The translations under genes and the position numbers were made by a program. A stretch of 64,000 bases of DNA from an uncultured Bacteroides sp. Lineage in GTDB: Bacteria > Bacteroidota > Bacteroidia > Bacteroidales > Bacteroidaceae. The stretch lies in the NCBI GenBank assembly GCA_947074295.1, contig CAMTPC010000004.1:3-64002 (forward strand). The letters are read 5' to 3'. The notes under the pieces are model-generated. The model was not told the DNA's origin. It saw nothing but the letters and a program-made list of their open reading frames with translations, and ran no database searches. Shown here piece after piece: positions 48,108-57,893 of this stretch (the stretch's first letter is position 1; every line of letters begins with the position of its first letter).

Positions 48108-49430
48108 ATGAAACCAAAAATTAAATTTTTAGTATTTTTATTAGGACTTGGGCTATTGCCATGCAGTTTTGTGGCAGCGCAAGTCAACACTGTTGAGGTA
48201 GAGGACGAAGCGCCTAATACCGTTATGTTCATCTCAAGAGATAAAGCCAATAAAGAAGTCGTAAAAGTAATGAATGAGACTAAGCCGCCTTATTTTAGAG
48301 AGCCTGGTGCACCACGTTTTTTATTGACAGACCGACAAGGAAAATTTGCTTTGGGTATCGGAGGTTGTCTTCAAGCAGTTGCCGAATATGACTTTGGAGG
48401 GATTGCTAAAGACATTGATTTTTTCCCATCTTTTATACCAGCTAAAGGTAGTACGGCTGTAAAAAATCAATTCCAAATGGATATTACAACCTCAACCCTT
48501 TTCTTGAAAATGGTTGGTAGAACAAAGAAATTAGGCGATATCGTTTTCTACACTGCTGGTAATTTCAGAGGTGATAATAATACTTTCCAGATGTTGAACT
48601 GTTATGTTCAATTCTTAGGATTCACATTTGGTTATAGCTATGGTAGCTTTATGGACCTTGCGGCCATCCCAGCAACAATTGACTATGCTGGTCCTAGTGG
48701 CGTCGTTTATTATCGTACTACTCAATTTTCTTACCGATATAATAAAGCCAAACACTGGAGTTTTGCGCTAGGCGTAGAAATGCCTTCTGTAGATGGTACT
48801 TATAATACATCGAGCTCTTTGAAATATACAGCTGAATCGGCAGCACAAAGAATGCCCGACTTCACTGGTAATGTACAATATAGCTGGGGAGCTGGTAGCC
48901 AAATACGCGCTGGTGCCTTGGTACGTAGCATGACTTACAACAGTTTCAACAAAAGCGGTGACATGAAAGCGAGATCAACTTTAGGATGGGGCGTTCAATT
49001 ATCTACCACATTTACCTTAGGTTCTTTATTCCAAGTCTATGCACAAGGTAATTACGGTAAAGGTATTGGCCAATTCTTCAATGACATCAGCAACTTAAGC
49101 GTTGATTTAGTTCCCGACCCTGACAATCCTGAAAAAATGCAAGCACTCCCAATGATGGGATGGTATGCAGGTTTACAATGCAATCTTAATCCAAATGTAT
49201 TCATGACAGCAACTTATAGTGCAACAAGATTATATTCGGATAATGGATGGCCAGTAGAAAATTCGGATTTCTATCGCTATGGACAATATTTTGTTACTAA
49301 TATTTTTTGGAATGCAACAAACAACCTTCAGCTAGGCGCTGAATATTTAAGAGGTTGGCGCACAGGTTTCCTAGACAACTCTACCCGCCATGCCAATCGT
49401 ATCAATGTAATGGTACAGTATTCATTCTAA
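48108..49430 (+). CDS. DcaP-like outer-membrane porin
   Basis: Signal peptide, F.D....P.TID..GP, Q..Y..GVEMP, QRMPD, G.GI....ND, C-terminal QYSF. Confidence 0.75.
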   Translation: MKPKIKFLVFLLGLGLLPCSFVAAQVNTVEVEDEAPNTVMFISRDKANKEVVKVMNETKPPYFREPGAPRFLLTDRQGKFALGIGGCLQAVAEYDFGGIAKDIDFFPSFIPAKGSTAVKNQFQMDITTSTLFLKMVGRTKKLGDIVFYTAGNFRGDNNTFQMLNCYVQFLGFTFGYSYGSFMDLAAIPATIDYAGPSGVVYYRTTQFSYRYNKAKHWSFALGVEMPSVDGTYNTSSSLKYTAESAAQRMPDFTGNVQYSWGAGSQIRAGALVRSMTYNSFNKSGDMKARSTLGWGVQLSTTFTLGSLFQVYAQGNYGKGIGQFFNDISNLSVDLVPDPDNPEKMQALPMMGWYAGLQCNLNPNVFMTATYSATRLYSDNGWPVENSDFYRYGQYFVTNIFWNATNNLQLGAEYLRGWRTGFLDNSTRHANRINVMVQYSF

Positions 49431-49529
49431 TGAAGAATATTTAAATGTAATATTTCAACCCTAAAAAACATATAGAGGCTAGTATGACATATCCTTCATA
49501 AAGAGATACTTCATCATCTGTTTATATTT

Positions 49530-49560
49530 ACATGAGCTCGGTATTGTACCGGGCTCATGT
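49530..49560 (+). terminator. Stem-loop downstream of the DcaP-like gene (probable terminator)
   Basis: ACATGAGCTCGGTA-TTG-TACCGGGCTCATGT; weak U-tract. Confidence 0.5.
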
Positions 49561-49690
49561 CATTTATGTATTATTCTTTCTTATCGAATGCAATGACATC
49601 AAAGTTATTTTCACAATAATTTCGAAAACAATACATCAATGCACGATGTTAAATCAGAGAATAGAAACGAATGACTTTAAGAACGACATC

Positions 49691-50989
49691 ATGAAATCTA
49701 AATCATTATTGTGCTTACTTGTACTCACCTTTCTCGCATTTCAATTGCCAGCCCAGGAACTAACGCTTTTTGGTGAGTTGCGTCCTAGAGGCGAATATAG
49801 AGATGGTTATGCCAAACCTATAATCACAAGCAATCGAGGCGGCTTCTTCATTAAACAGAGAACTCGTTTAGGCGCTAATTTCACAAATTGGTTGCTTACC
49901 ATGGAAGTCACCTTTCAAGATTCACGTGTATGGGGCGATTCGGCTGATGACACAGACAATCCATCCATTGGACTTTATGAAGCATGGGCAAAAATTAATA
50001 TCCTTCCTGGTTTCACTGTCAAAATCGGTCGTCAATCTCTTCAATATGACAATCGTAAATTATTTGACCCTGGCGACTGGACAGACTCTGGCAACTCATT
50101 TGACATGATTCTTCTGAAATATAACCTGAATGATGACTTCATGGTAGATGCGGGTTTTTCATACAATAACAATTCTGATATTTCGCAAGAAACCTACTAT
50201 CAATCAGCTATGAAGTTTCGCTTCATGGAAATGCTATGGATATCAAAAAAGATAACTGATGACATGCGCGTTACTGCTATAGGTGCCGTATTGGCCAATC
50301 AAGATACTATAAAAAGTGGCGGTAGTGATAATTATAACACCTATCATCATTATCATCAAGCCACCATCGGAGGCACTTTCAGATATGAGCCCCGAAGTTT
50401 TCCCTTGAAATTTATGGCCGAAGGCTATTATCAATTTGGGAAAGTAGTATATAAGAATGCATTGGATAAACTAAAAAGCTTTTATATTGTGGGAAATATA
50501 TCTTATCAAGTACTACCCTTCCTCGGAATAGCAGGCGGATACGAATATATATCGGGAGATAGGAATCCAGAAAATGGCATACAAAGAGGATTTCTTCATC
50601 TCTTTGGAGACACGCATGATTTTAATGGAACAATGGATTATTGGACTAATACTGGCGAGCGCGGTTTGCAAGACATTTACATAGGCACCTTATGGGAGTT
50701 CAATAAGAAAAAGACTTCGGTAGAAGCAATATATCATCATTTCAAGACAGCCGTACAAACAAGTGGTCTCAATGGCAAAAAACTTGGCAATGAATTAGAC
50801 TTTATCATAAAACACGAACAAACCTCATGGTTGAAATTTGAGCTAGGCTATAATTTTTATTTCGTAAATGATAATGTGAAGATATTGAAAGGAATTCAAA
50901 ACGAAAAGACACGTTTGGCACAATGGTTTTATCTGAATATATCCATCAAGCCATCTGTGGTTTTGGCATTAGCTAAAAAGAAAGATTGA
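49691..50989 (+). CDS. Alginate-export (AlgE)-family outer-membrane beta-barrel
   Basis: ELRPR.EYR.G, QRTRL, QDSRVWG, KIGRQ.L.YD, F...FG..H.FNG.MDY, LG.ELD. Confidence 0.8.
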   Translation: MKSKSLLCLLVLTFLAFQLPAQELTLFGELRPRGEYRDGYAKPIITSNRGGFFIKQRTRLGANFTNWLLTMEVTFQDSRVWGDSADDTDNPSIGLYEAWAKINILPGFTVKIGRQSLQYDNRKLFDPGDWTDSGNSFDMILLKYNLNDDFMVDAGFSYNNNSDISQETYYQSAMKFRFMEMLWISKKITDDMRVTAIGAVLANQDTIKSGGSDNYNTYHHYHQATIGGTFRYEPRSFPLKFMAEGYYQFGKVVYKNALDKLKSFYIVGNISYQVLPFLGIAGGYEYISGDRNPENGIQRGFLHLFGDTHDFNGTMDYWTNTGERGLQDIYIGTLWEFNKKKTSVEAIYHHFKTAVQTSGLNGKKLGNELDFIIKHEQTSWLKFELGYNFYFVNDNVKILKGIQNEKTRLAQWFYLNISIKPSVVLALAKKKD

Positions 50990-51020
50990 TGATAGAGATT
51001 TAAATAACCGTCCCGTAAAA

Positions 51021-51068
51021 TGAGCTACGCCCCAAAAGTATTATATCTAACTTTTGGGGCGCAGCTCA
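51021..51068. mobile_element. 48-bp palindromic IS3/IS150-type end relic (MITE-like), probably serving as a bidirectional terminator
   Basis: TGAGCT.CGCCCCAAAAGT-N10-ACTTTTGGGGCG.AGCTCA; TG..CA ends, AAA on both flanks. Confidence 0.6.
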
Positions 51069-51108
51069 AAATGGAAAAGTCATTTATTTTATATATCGAT
51101 TCACGAGG

Positions 51109-52707
51109 TCAAACAATCAGACTAGCTATACATTGGATACAAAGAATCAAAACAACCATAGCAATAGGATAAACTGTTGCATAGGCTACACTAGGAATAT
51201 TACTATCGACCATAGAATCAGCTGCAGCAAGACCCGGCGTACTGGTCATTCCCCCCGTAATAGTACCTAACAGATCGATTACTGATATCTTGAATACCAA
51301 ACGACCTACAAAGACTGCAATAAACATTGGCACTATAGTAATGATAGCTCCAACACCAAACAAAAGCAAACCGCTATCTTGGAACGTAGCCACTAGATTC
51401 TTACCGGCAGATGTGCCCACCTCGGCAAGAAATAATAATAACCCCAATTGACGCAACAATTGATTGGCTGGACCTGACATTGACCAAATAATAGGACCTG
51501 TCTTACCAATGGCGCTTAATACAAGTGCCATAATCAGGATACCTCCCGTAAGCCCAGGAGAAAATGAGAAACCACCAGGGAAAGAAATATTCAGCTTCCC
51601 GAAGATGACACCCAAGACTATACCCATTGCAATAGGGAAAAAATCGGTATCTGACAATTTCTTCACATCATTACCCACCAGACGTGCAATGTTCTGAATG
51701 CCTTCACGTTCACCGACAACCATCAACTTATCACCAAATTTTAAAGCTAAGTCAGGCGAAGGTGAAAGATCAATACCACTTCGGCGAATACGAGTTACGG
51801 TACAACCAAAATTGCGTTGTAAGTTAAGATCACCCAATTGCTTATTGATCATATCTTTCTTTGTAAGCAACAAAGATTCAATTTCTTGTGTCTGCTGCAA
51901 AGGCAGCTCTCCTTCATGACGCTCGCCCACCAAAACAGCTAATTGTTCCAATGCACCATCACTACCTACAGCCTGAATTATATCACCTTCGTGCAATACA
52001 GTGTTGGCCACTGGAATAAGAATATCATCACCATGCTTTAAACGCGAGACAACCGCCCCAGTCATGGCACGTACATGTATCTGAGCTAAAGTCTTTCCAA
52101 TAACACTACTGTTTTTAACAGTAAAGATACAAGTGTTCAGTTCGGGGTATTTACCACGTCGCTCTTTCTCTAAGCGTCGAGCCTCCTTTTCTAGATCAAT
52201 TCGAAGTACCTTAGGCATTAGCTTCACAAACAATATAACACCAATAACTCCAAATGGATAGGCTATACCGTATGCAATAGATGCAAGAGGAGAATTAGTA
52301 CTATCAATAGCTACAGCTAGACCAGGAGTACTAGTTAATGCGCCTGCTATGAGCCCCACTACACTCGGCGTATCAATATCAAATAGATATTTTAAACCTA
52401 CCGCTGTAAGTGAAGCAGAAAGTACAATGAGCAGTGTAATGATAATGAGCGTCTTGCCTTTGCTGCGAAAAGAGTCAAAGAAGCCAGGACCGGCCTGAAT
52501 ACCAATGGTAAAAATGAAAAGAACCAAACCGAAATTACCCAACTCTTTGGGAATGATAACTCCAAAATGGCCAAAAAGCAAAGCAATGAAGATCACAGCA
52601 GAAACATCAAGCGAGAGTCCTTTTATCTTTATCCGTCCAAGCATGAAACCAAGAGCTACAATCAAGAACAGAGCGAAGTAGGACGATTTTAATAGGTCCG
52701 TCAACAT
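51109..52707 (-). CDS. AspT/YidE/YbjL family transporter (two TrkA_C domains)
   Basis: LF..TIG.QAGP.FF, GA.TSTPGLA twice, YA.VYP; start at ATG 52707, downstream of -7 box TACTTTTG (52740-52747). Confidence 0.9.
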   Translation of the reverse strand: MLTDLLKSSYFALFLIVALGFMLGRIKIKGLSLDVSAVIFIALLFGHFGVIIPKELGNFGLVLFIFTIGIQAGPGFFDSFRSKGKTLIIITLLIVLSASLTAVGLKYLFDIDTPSVVGLIAGALTSTPGLAVAIDSTNSPLASIAYGIAYPFGVIGVILFVKLMPKVLRIDLEKEARRLEKERRGKYPELNTCIFTVKNSSVIGKTLAQIHVRAMTGAVVSRLKHGDDILIPVANTVLHEGDIIQAVGSDGALEQLAVLVGERHEGELPLQQTQEIESLLLTKKDMINKQLGDLNLQRNFGCTVTRIRRSGIDLSPSPDLALKFGDKLMVVGEREGIQNIARLVGNDVKKLSDTDFFPIAMGIVLGVIFGKLNISFPGGFSFSPGLTGGILIMALVLSAIGKTGPIIWSMSGPANQLLRQLGLLLFLAEVGTSAGKNLVATFQDSGLLLFGVGAIITIVPMFIAVFVGRLVFKISVIDLLGTITGGMTSTPGLAAADSMVDSNIPSVAYATVYPIAMVVLILCIQCIASLIV

Positions 52708-52769
52708 AATTTTTATGGATAGAATGTTATTTTGGGGTGCAAAAGTACAATAAATCAAGGGATAATGCA

Positions 52770-52814
52770 ACAGCCGCCGAAATGTTTTTACATTCAAAAC
52801 ATTTCGACGGCTGT
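52770..52814 (-). terminator. Strong stem-loop after eda (probable terminator)
   Basis: ACAGCCG.CGAAATGTTTT-N7-AAAACATTTCG.CGGCTGT. Confidence 0.6.
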
Positions 52815-52950
52815 CCCTTTTAAACACCTTTAAACAAAATGATATATGCCCCACACTAACAAACTAACTAACCCTTATTGGGGCACTAACTTATAATAAG
52901 TCAAGAGGGCTTAGCGTTACCAAAACGACAAACCACCTTCATATACATTT

Positions 52951-53619
52951 TTACTTACGAGCTTCAGCAATATAGCCAAGAGCTTCAGCACATTTAGCCG
53001 AAACATAAGCCCAATCTTCGGCTGCAACCTTATCGTTAGGGAACAATTTAGAACCCATACCTACGCAGAATACACCAGCCTTAATCCAAGAAGTAAGATT
53101 TTCTTTTGTAGGCTCTACCCCACCTGTCACCATGATCTTCGACCAAGGCATTGGAGCCATCAAACCCTTCACGAAGTTTGTACCGTATACATCACCAGGG
53201 AATACCTTGCAAAGATCGCAGCCAACTTCTTGTGCGAAACCAACTTCAGATACAGAGCCACAGCCTGGAGCATAAGCTACCAAACGACGGTTACAAATCT
53301 TAGCAATTTCAGGATTGAACAATGGTCCAACAATGAAGTTTGCACCTAATTGGATGTAAAGAGCAGCAGTAGCAGGATCAACGATTGAGCCGATACCCAT
53401 TGCCATCTCTGGACATTCTTTTGCAGCAAATTTCACGATTTCAGCAAATACTTCATGAGCAAAATCGCCACGATTAGTGAATTCAAATGCACGAACACCA
53501 CCTTCGTAACAAGCCTTTACAACTTTCTTTGCTACTTCTGCATCTTTATGGTAAAACACAGGAACCATACCAGTTGAACCAATCTTGTTCAACACAGTTA
53601 TTTTATCAAATTTAGCCAT
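52951..53619 (-). CDS. eda: KDPG/KHG aldolase
   Basis: FEFTNR, G.GS..D, GANFIV.P, PGC.S.SE, K.FPG, M.TGGV. Confidence 0.93.
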   Translation of the reverse strand: MAKFDKITVLNKIGSTGMVPVFYHKDAEVAKKVVKACYEGGVRAFEFTNRGDFAHEVFAEIVKFAAKECPEMAMGIGSIVDPATAALYIQLGANFIVGPLFNPEIAKICNRRLVAYAPGCGSVSEVGFAQEVGCDLCKVFPGDVYGTNFVKGLMAPMPWSKIMVTGGVEPTKENLTSWIKAGVFCVGMGSKLFPNDKVAAEDWAYVSAKCAEALGYIAEARK

Positions 53620-53639
53620 TACTTTATTTACAATTTACG

Positions 53640-53674
53640 ATGTACAAAGATGACAAAACATCATCTTTGTACAT
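53640..53674 (-). other. Intercistronic stem-loop (kdgK/eda)
   Basis: ATGTACAAAGATGA-N7-TCATCTTTGTACAT perfect 14-bp stem, no U-tract. Confidence 0.6.
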
Positions 53675-53703
53675 TGAGTAATTATTATATTAGTGCTATA
53701 CTA

Positions 53704-54729
53704 TTATCTTTGAACACGGCCACTAGCATCACCACCAGCCAAAGCTTCCACTTCCTCGATAGAAACAAGGTTGAAGTCACCATTGATTGTATGCTTCAAT
53801 GCAGAAGCAGCTACTGCAAACTCAAGAGCTTCACCTTGGTTTGGTTTAACAAGCAAACCATGGATGATACCACCAGAGAAAGAGTCACCACCACCTACAC
53901 GGTCAACGATAGGATCGATGTCATAACGCTTAGAAGTATAGAACTCCTTACCATCATAGATCATAGCTTTCCAGCCATTGTGAGTTGCCGAGAATGATTC
54001 ACGAAGCGTAGAGATCACATATTTGAAATCGAACTCTTTCAACATTTGCTCGAAGATACCTTTGTAGCCTTCAGCGTCTGTATGACCAGCTTCAACATCA
54101 GCATCTGGTTTGAAACCAAGACAAAGTTCAGCATCTTCCTCATTACCGATACATACATCTACGTACTGCATCAAAGGTTTCATGATAGATTGAGCTTTTT
54201 CTTTTGTCCAAAGCTTCTTGCGGAAGTTTAAGTCTACTGATACAGTAACACCGTGACGTTTCGCAGCTTCGCAAGCCAAACGAGTCAATTCAGCAGCTTT
54301 ATCAGAAATTGCAGGAGTAATGCCCGACCAGTGGAACCAGTCAGCACCTTGCATGATAGCATCGAAATCGAAATCAGTAACGTCAGCTTCAGCGATTGAA
54401 GAGTTAGCTCTATCATAGATTACCTTGCTTGGACGCATAGATGCACCTGTTTCAAGATAGTAGATACCAACACGATCACCACCACGAGCGATAAAGTCTG
54501 TTTTTACACCATATTTGCGCAAAGCGTTAACAGCCGACTGTCCAATTTCGTGCTTAGGCAGTTTAGAAACAAAATAAGCTTCGTGGCCATAGTTGGCGCA
54601 GCTCACAGCTACATTGGCTTCACCTCCACCATATACTACATCAAATGAATCTGATTGAACGAAACGAGTGTTTCCCGGAGTTGATAATCTTAGCATGATT
54701 TCGCCTAATGTAACGATTTTCTTTCCCAT
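53704..54729 (-). CDS. kdgK: 2-keto-3-deoxygluconate kinase (PfkB family)
   Basis: GEIMLRL, GG.EANVA, YDRA.S, HWSGITPA, DLNFR, NEED, DRVGGGDSF. Confidence 0.93.
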   Translation of the reverse strand: MGKKIVTLGEIMLRLSTPGNTRFVQSDSFDVVYGGGEANVAVSCANYGHEAYFVSKLPKHEIGQSAVNALRKYGVKTDFIARGGDRVGIYYLETGASMRPSKVIYDRANSSIAEADVTDFDFDAIMQGADWFHWSGITPAISDKAAELTRLACEAAKRHGVTVSVDLNFRKKLWTKEKAQSIMKPLMQYVDVCIGNEEDAELCLGFKPDADVEAGHTDAEGYKGIFEQMLKEFDFKYVISTLRESFSATHNGWKAMIYDGKEFYTSKRYDIDPIVDRVGGGDSFSGGIIHGLLVKPNQGEALEFAVAASALKHTINGDFNLVSIEEVEALAGGDASGRVQR

Positions 54730-54869
54730 AATAAATATGTTTTAATATTATAACTAAATAAAGTTGTTAAGTTTCAATTCGTCAGTACGCAGAGGCCAAC
54801 AAATAACAGTTTGTTTATCTGCTATATAAAGGAGATTACATAAGATGACATCTCCACTACAGACCTTTC

Positions 54870-54881
54870 GTGTACGGGCAC
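54870..54881. promoter_or_regulatory. LacI-type operator 1 GTGTACGGGCAC, abutting the kdgK -7 box (TATCTTTG, 54881-54888, minus)
   Basis: GTGnnCGnnCAC palindrome with central CG. Confidence 0.7.
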
Positions 54882-54950
54882 AAAGATACACTAATTTTCG
54901 TAATTACAAAAATTGTTATATATTTGTGACGAAAATATTAAGATTATTAT

Positions 54951-54964
54951 TGTGTTCGTGCACA
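54951..54964. promoter_or_regulatory. LacI-type operator 2 TGTGTTCGTGCACA, downstream of the plus-strand -7 box TATATTTG (54919-54926)
   Basis: Second GTGnnCGnnCAC copy in the same divergent intergenic region. Confidence 0.7.
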
Positions 54965-55076
54965 TTTTTGTATTTCACCCCGAATTCAATACATATCCCA
55001 ATTATTTTATACATAGTAATTGATTATATATAATATAGTAGGCAGCCAGCATATTTCTCAAAAGACAGATAAAAAG

Positions 55077-56159
55077 ATGAATAAATTACCGGAGAGAATT
55101 AGAATTAAAGATATCGCCCGACTTGCAGATGTGTCAGTAGGCACTGTCGACCGTGTATTGCATGGCCGCAGTGGTGTTTCAGAAGCCAGCCGCAAGCGTG
55201 TAGAAGAGATTTTAAAACAATTGGACTACCAGCCCAACATGTATGCTAGCGCATTGGCTTCTAACAAAAAATATACTTTTTGTTGTCTCTTGCCTCAACA
55301 TGAGGAAGGAGAATATTGGTCAGCTGTTGAAAAAGGCATTTCAAACGCACTGAGAACTTTTTCAGACTTTCATATCTCGGTAAAAACGATCTATTACGAT
55401 CCGTACGATTATCAATCTTTTGCCAAAGCGGCTAAAGAAATCCTCGAATTGGAACCAGATGGAGTAATGGTAGCACCTACAGTGCAAGCTTACACTGAGA
55501 ATTTCATTCTTCGACTCAATGAACAGCAAATTCCTTTTATATATATAGATTCAAACATTAAAGAGCTCCCTGGCTTGGCCTTTTATGGACAAAACTCACG
55601 CCAAAGTGGCTATTTTGCAGCACGCATGCTGATGCTACAAACAACACCCACTAACGGAACGGTGATATTCCGCAAAATCCAACAAGGTGTAGTAGGATCT
55701 AACCAGCAAGAGAATCGCGAAAAAGGTTTTCGCCGTTATATGCAAGAGCATCATCCCGACTGCATCATATACGAATGTAATTTGCATGCAGAAAGTGGAA
55801 ATGATGACACAGAAATGCTCTATAAGTTCTTCAAACTCCATCCCGAGGTGAAGAGTGGCATTACTTTTAATTCGAAGGCATATATAATCGGTGAATATAT
55901 TGCAACTCAAGACATGACCGATTTCAATCTTATAGGCTATGACCTCTTGGATCGAAACGTTGCTTGTCTTAAAAATCGTGGTATATCTTTTCTAATCGCT
56001 CAGCAACCCGAGCTTCAAGGTTTTAGCGGTATAAAGACTCTTTGCGATTACCTCATCTTCAAAAAGGATGTTAAGCATACCAATTATATGCCAATAGATC
56101 TGCTTTCTATCGAAAATATAGACTATTATAGCAATGTCAATTACGCTAATCAAGATTAA
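55077..56159 (+). CDS. kdgR: LacI-family hexuronate regulator (Bacteroides KdgR-type)
   Basis: IKDIA.LA.VS.GTVDRVLH.R..VS, Y.PN..A..LA, sugar-binding domain; between kdgK-eda and uxaA. Confidence 0.8.
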   Translation: MNKLPERIRIKDIARLADVSVGTVDRVLHGRSGVSEASRKRVEEILKQLDYQPNMYASALASNKKYTFCCLLPQHEEGEYWSAVEKGISNALRTFSDFHISVKTIYYDPYDYQSFAKAAKEILELEPDGVMVAPTVQAYTENFILRLNEQQIPFIYIDSNIKELPGLAFYGQNSRQSGYFAARMLMLQTTPTNGTVIFRKIQQGVVGSNQQENREKGFRRYMQEHHPDCIIYECNLHAESGNDDTEMLYKFFKLHPEVKSGITFNSKAYIIGEYIATQDMTDFNLIGYDLLDRNVACLKNRGISFLIAQQPELQGFSGIKTLCDYLIFKKDVKHTNYMPIDLLSIENIDYYSNVNYANQD

Positions 56160-56198
56160 CAGAACAAGAAAACAACTATTTTAATTACAATATACACA

Positions 56199-57689
56199 AT
56201 GGAGACTAAGTTTTTAAAGATCAACACTGCCGATAATGTAGCAGTAGCTATCGTTGATTTGCCAGCAGGTGAGCAAATGGTGATTGACGGTATCACTATT
56301 ACTCTTAATGAGAATGTACCAGCCGGTCACAAATTTGCGCTGAAGGATTTCGCGGAAGGCGAAAACGTGATCAAATATGGTTACCCTATCGGTCATGCTA
56401 TTTCCGCAAAGAAACTAGGCGACTGGATAAATGAAGATAATATCAAAACAAATCTTGCAGGTTTGTTGGATTATACATATAGCCCTGTAGATGTGACACT
56501 GGATATTCCCGTGAAAGATCTTTCATTCAAAGGCTATCGCCGCGCCAATGGCGAAGTGGGCATCCGTAACGAAGTATGGATCATTCCTACTGTGGGTTGC
56601 GTAAACGGCATTGCTAACCAGTTGGCCGAAGCACTTCGCCGCGAAACAGGCGAACAAGGTGTAGATGCGATTGTATCTTATCCTCACAATTTTGGTTGTT
56701 CTCAGTTGGGCGATGACCATGAGAATACAAAGAAAATCCTTCGCGACATGGTACTTCATCCTAATGCAGGTGCTGTGCTTGTGGTAGGTCTGGGCTGTGA
56801 AAACAACCAACCTGATGTATTCGAAGAATTCATCGGCGAGTATGACAAAAGCCGCGTAAAATTCATGGTAACACAAAAGGTAGGTGATGAGTTTGAAGAA
56901 GGTATGACTTTACTGCGTGACATTTATGCTGTTGCGTCTAAAGACGAGCGTGTTGATGTTCCATTGTCAGAACTTCGTGTGGGCTTGAAATGTGGTGGCT
57001 CTGACGGTTTCTCGGGCATTACCGCTAACCCTCTTTTGGGCCTCTTCTCTGACTTCTTGATTGCGCAGGGTGGCACAAGCGTTTTGACCGAAGTTCCTGA
57101 AATGTTCGGCGCAGAGACTATTTTGATGAACCGCTGTCGCGACAAGGCTCTTTTCGACCAAACAGTTAGTTTGATCAACGACTTTAAAGAATATTTCTTA
57201 TCACATGGCGAGCCTGTAGGCGAAAATCCATCTCCAGGAAATAAAGCCGGCGGTATTTCTACATTAGAAGACAAAGCTTTGGGCTGTACTCAAAAATGTG
57301 GCAAAAGCTTGGTTGAAGGCGTGATGGGCTATGGCGATAGACTGAAAGTAAAAGGTCTTAACCTACTTTCTGCTCCTGGCAATGACCTGGTTGCTTCTAC
57401 AGCTTTGGCTGCATGCGGTTGCCACATAGTGTTGTTCACTACAGGTCGCGGTACTCCATTTGGAACATTTGTGCCTACCATGAAGATTTCGACCAACTCT
57501 ACATTGGCTGCCAACAAACCAGGATGGATCGACTTCAACGCTGGCGTTATCGTAGAAAACGAACCTATGGAGAAAACTTGCGAACGCTTTATTGACTACA
57601 TGATACGTGTAGCTAGTGGCGAGCAGGTAAATAATGAAAAGAAAGGCTATCGTGAGATTTCTATCTTCAAGAATGGTGTAACTCTTTAA
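56199..57689 (+). CDS. uxaA: Altronate dehydratase
   Basis: SAF domain (GHKFAL), PTVGCVN, GCSQLGDDH, GLGCENNQ, KCGGSD.FSG, NPSPGNK.GG, FTTGRG. Confidence 0.95.
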   Translation: METKFLKINTADNVAVAIVDLPAGEQMVIDGITITLNENVPAGHKFALKDFAEGENVIKYGYPIGHAISAKKLGDWINEDNIKTNLAGLLDYTYSPVDVTLDIPVKDLSFKGYRRANGEVGIRNEVWIIPTVGCVNGIANQLAEALRRETGEQGVDAIVSYPHNFGCSQLGDDHENTKKILRDMVLHPNAGAVLVVGLGCENNQPDVFEEFIGEYDKSRVKFMVTQKVGDEFEEGMTLLRDIYAVASKDERVDVPLSELRVGLKCGGSDGFSGITANPLLGLFSDFLIAQGGTSVLTEVPEMFGAETILMNRCRDKALFDQTVSLINDFKEYFLSHGEPVGENPSPGNKAGGISTLEDKALGCTQKCGKSLVEGVMGYGDRLKVKGLNLLSAPGNDLVASTALAACGCHIVLFTTGRGTPFGTFVPTMKISTNSTLAANKPGWIDFNAGVIVENEPMEKTCERFIDYMIRVASGEQVNNEKKGYREISIFKNGVTL

Positions 57690-57739
57690 TCAGCATAGTA
57701 GCTTCCTCATCTGAGCAAGCTTAGCGATTGAAATACAAC

Positions 57740-57784
57740 AGGTAAAGCAGAGTCGTAAGACATATCTGCCTTACCTTTTTTTTT
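57740..57784 (+). terminator. Intrinsic terminator after uxaA
   Basis: AGGTAA.GCAGA..TCTGC.TTACCT followed by a T-run. Confidence 0.8.
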
Positions 57785-57893
57785 GTTTTAAAGCAAGTGG
57801 TAAAAAATAGACCGATACTTTATTGGTTGTGAAACACAGTTTTTTTACCTTTACCGTCCGTAAAAGAAACTTCACCCATCAAAAAGAATCAAA

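Noticed and set aside
53650-53997. Antisense and shadow ORFs overlapping annotated genes throughout the window
   Set aside because: Explained by codon bias of the real genes on the opposite strand or frame; no independent signals.
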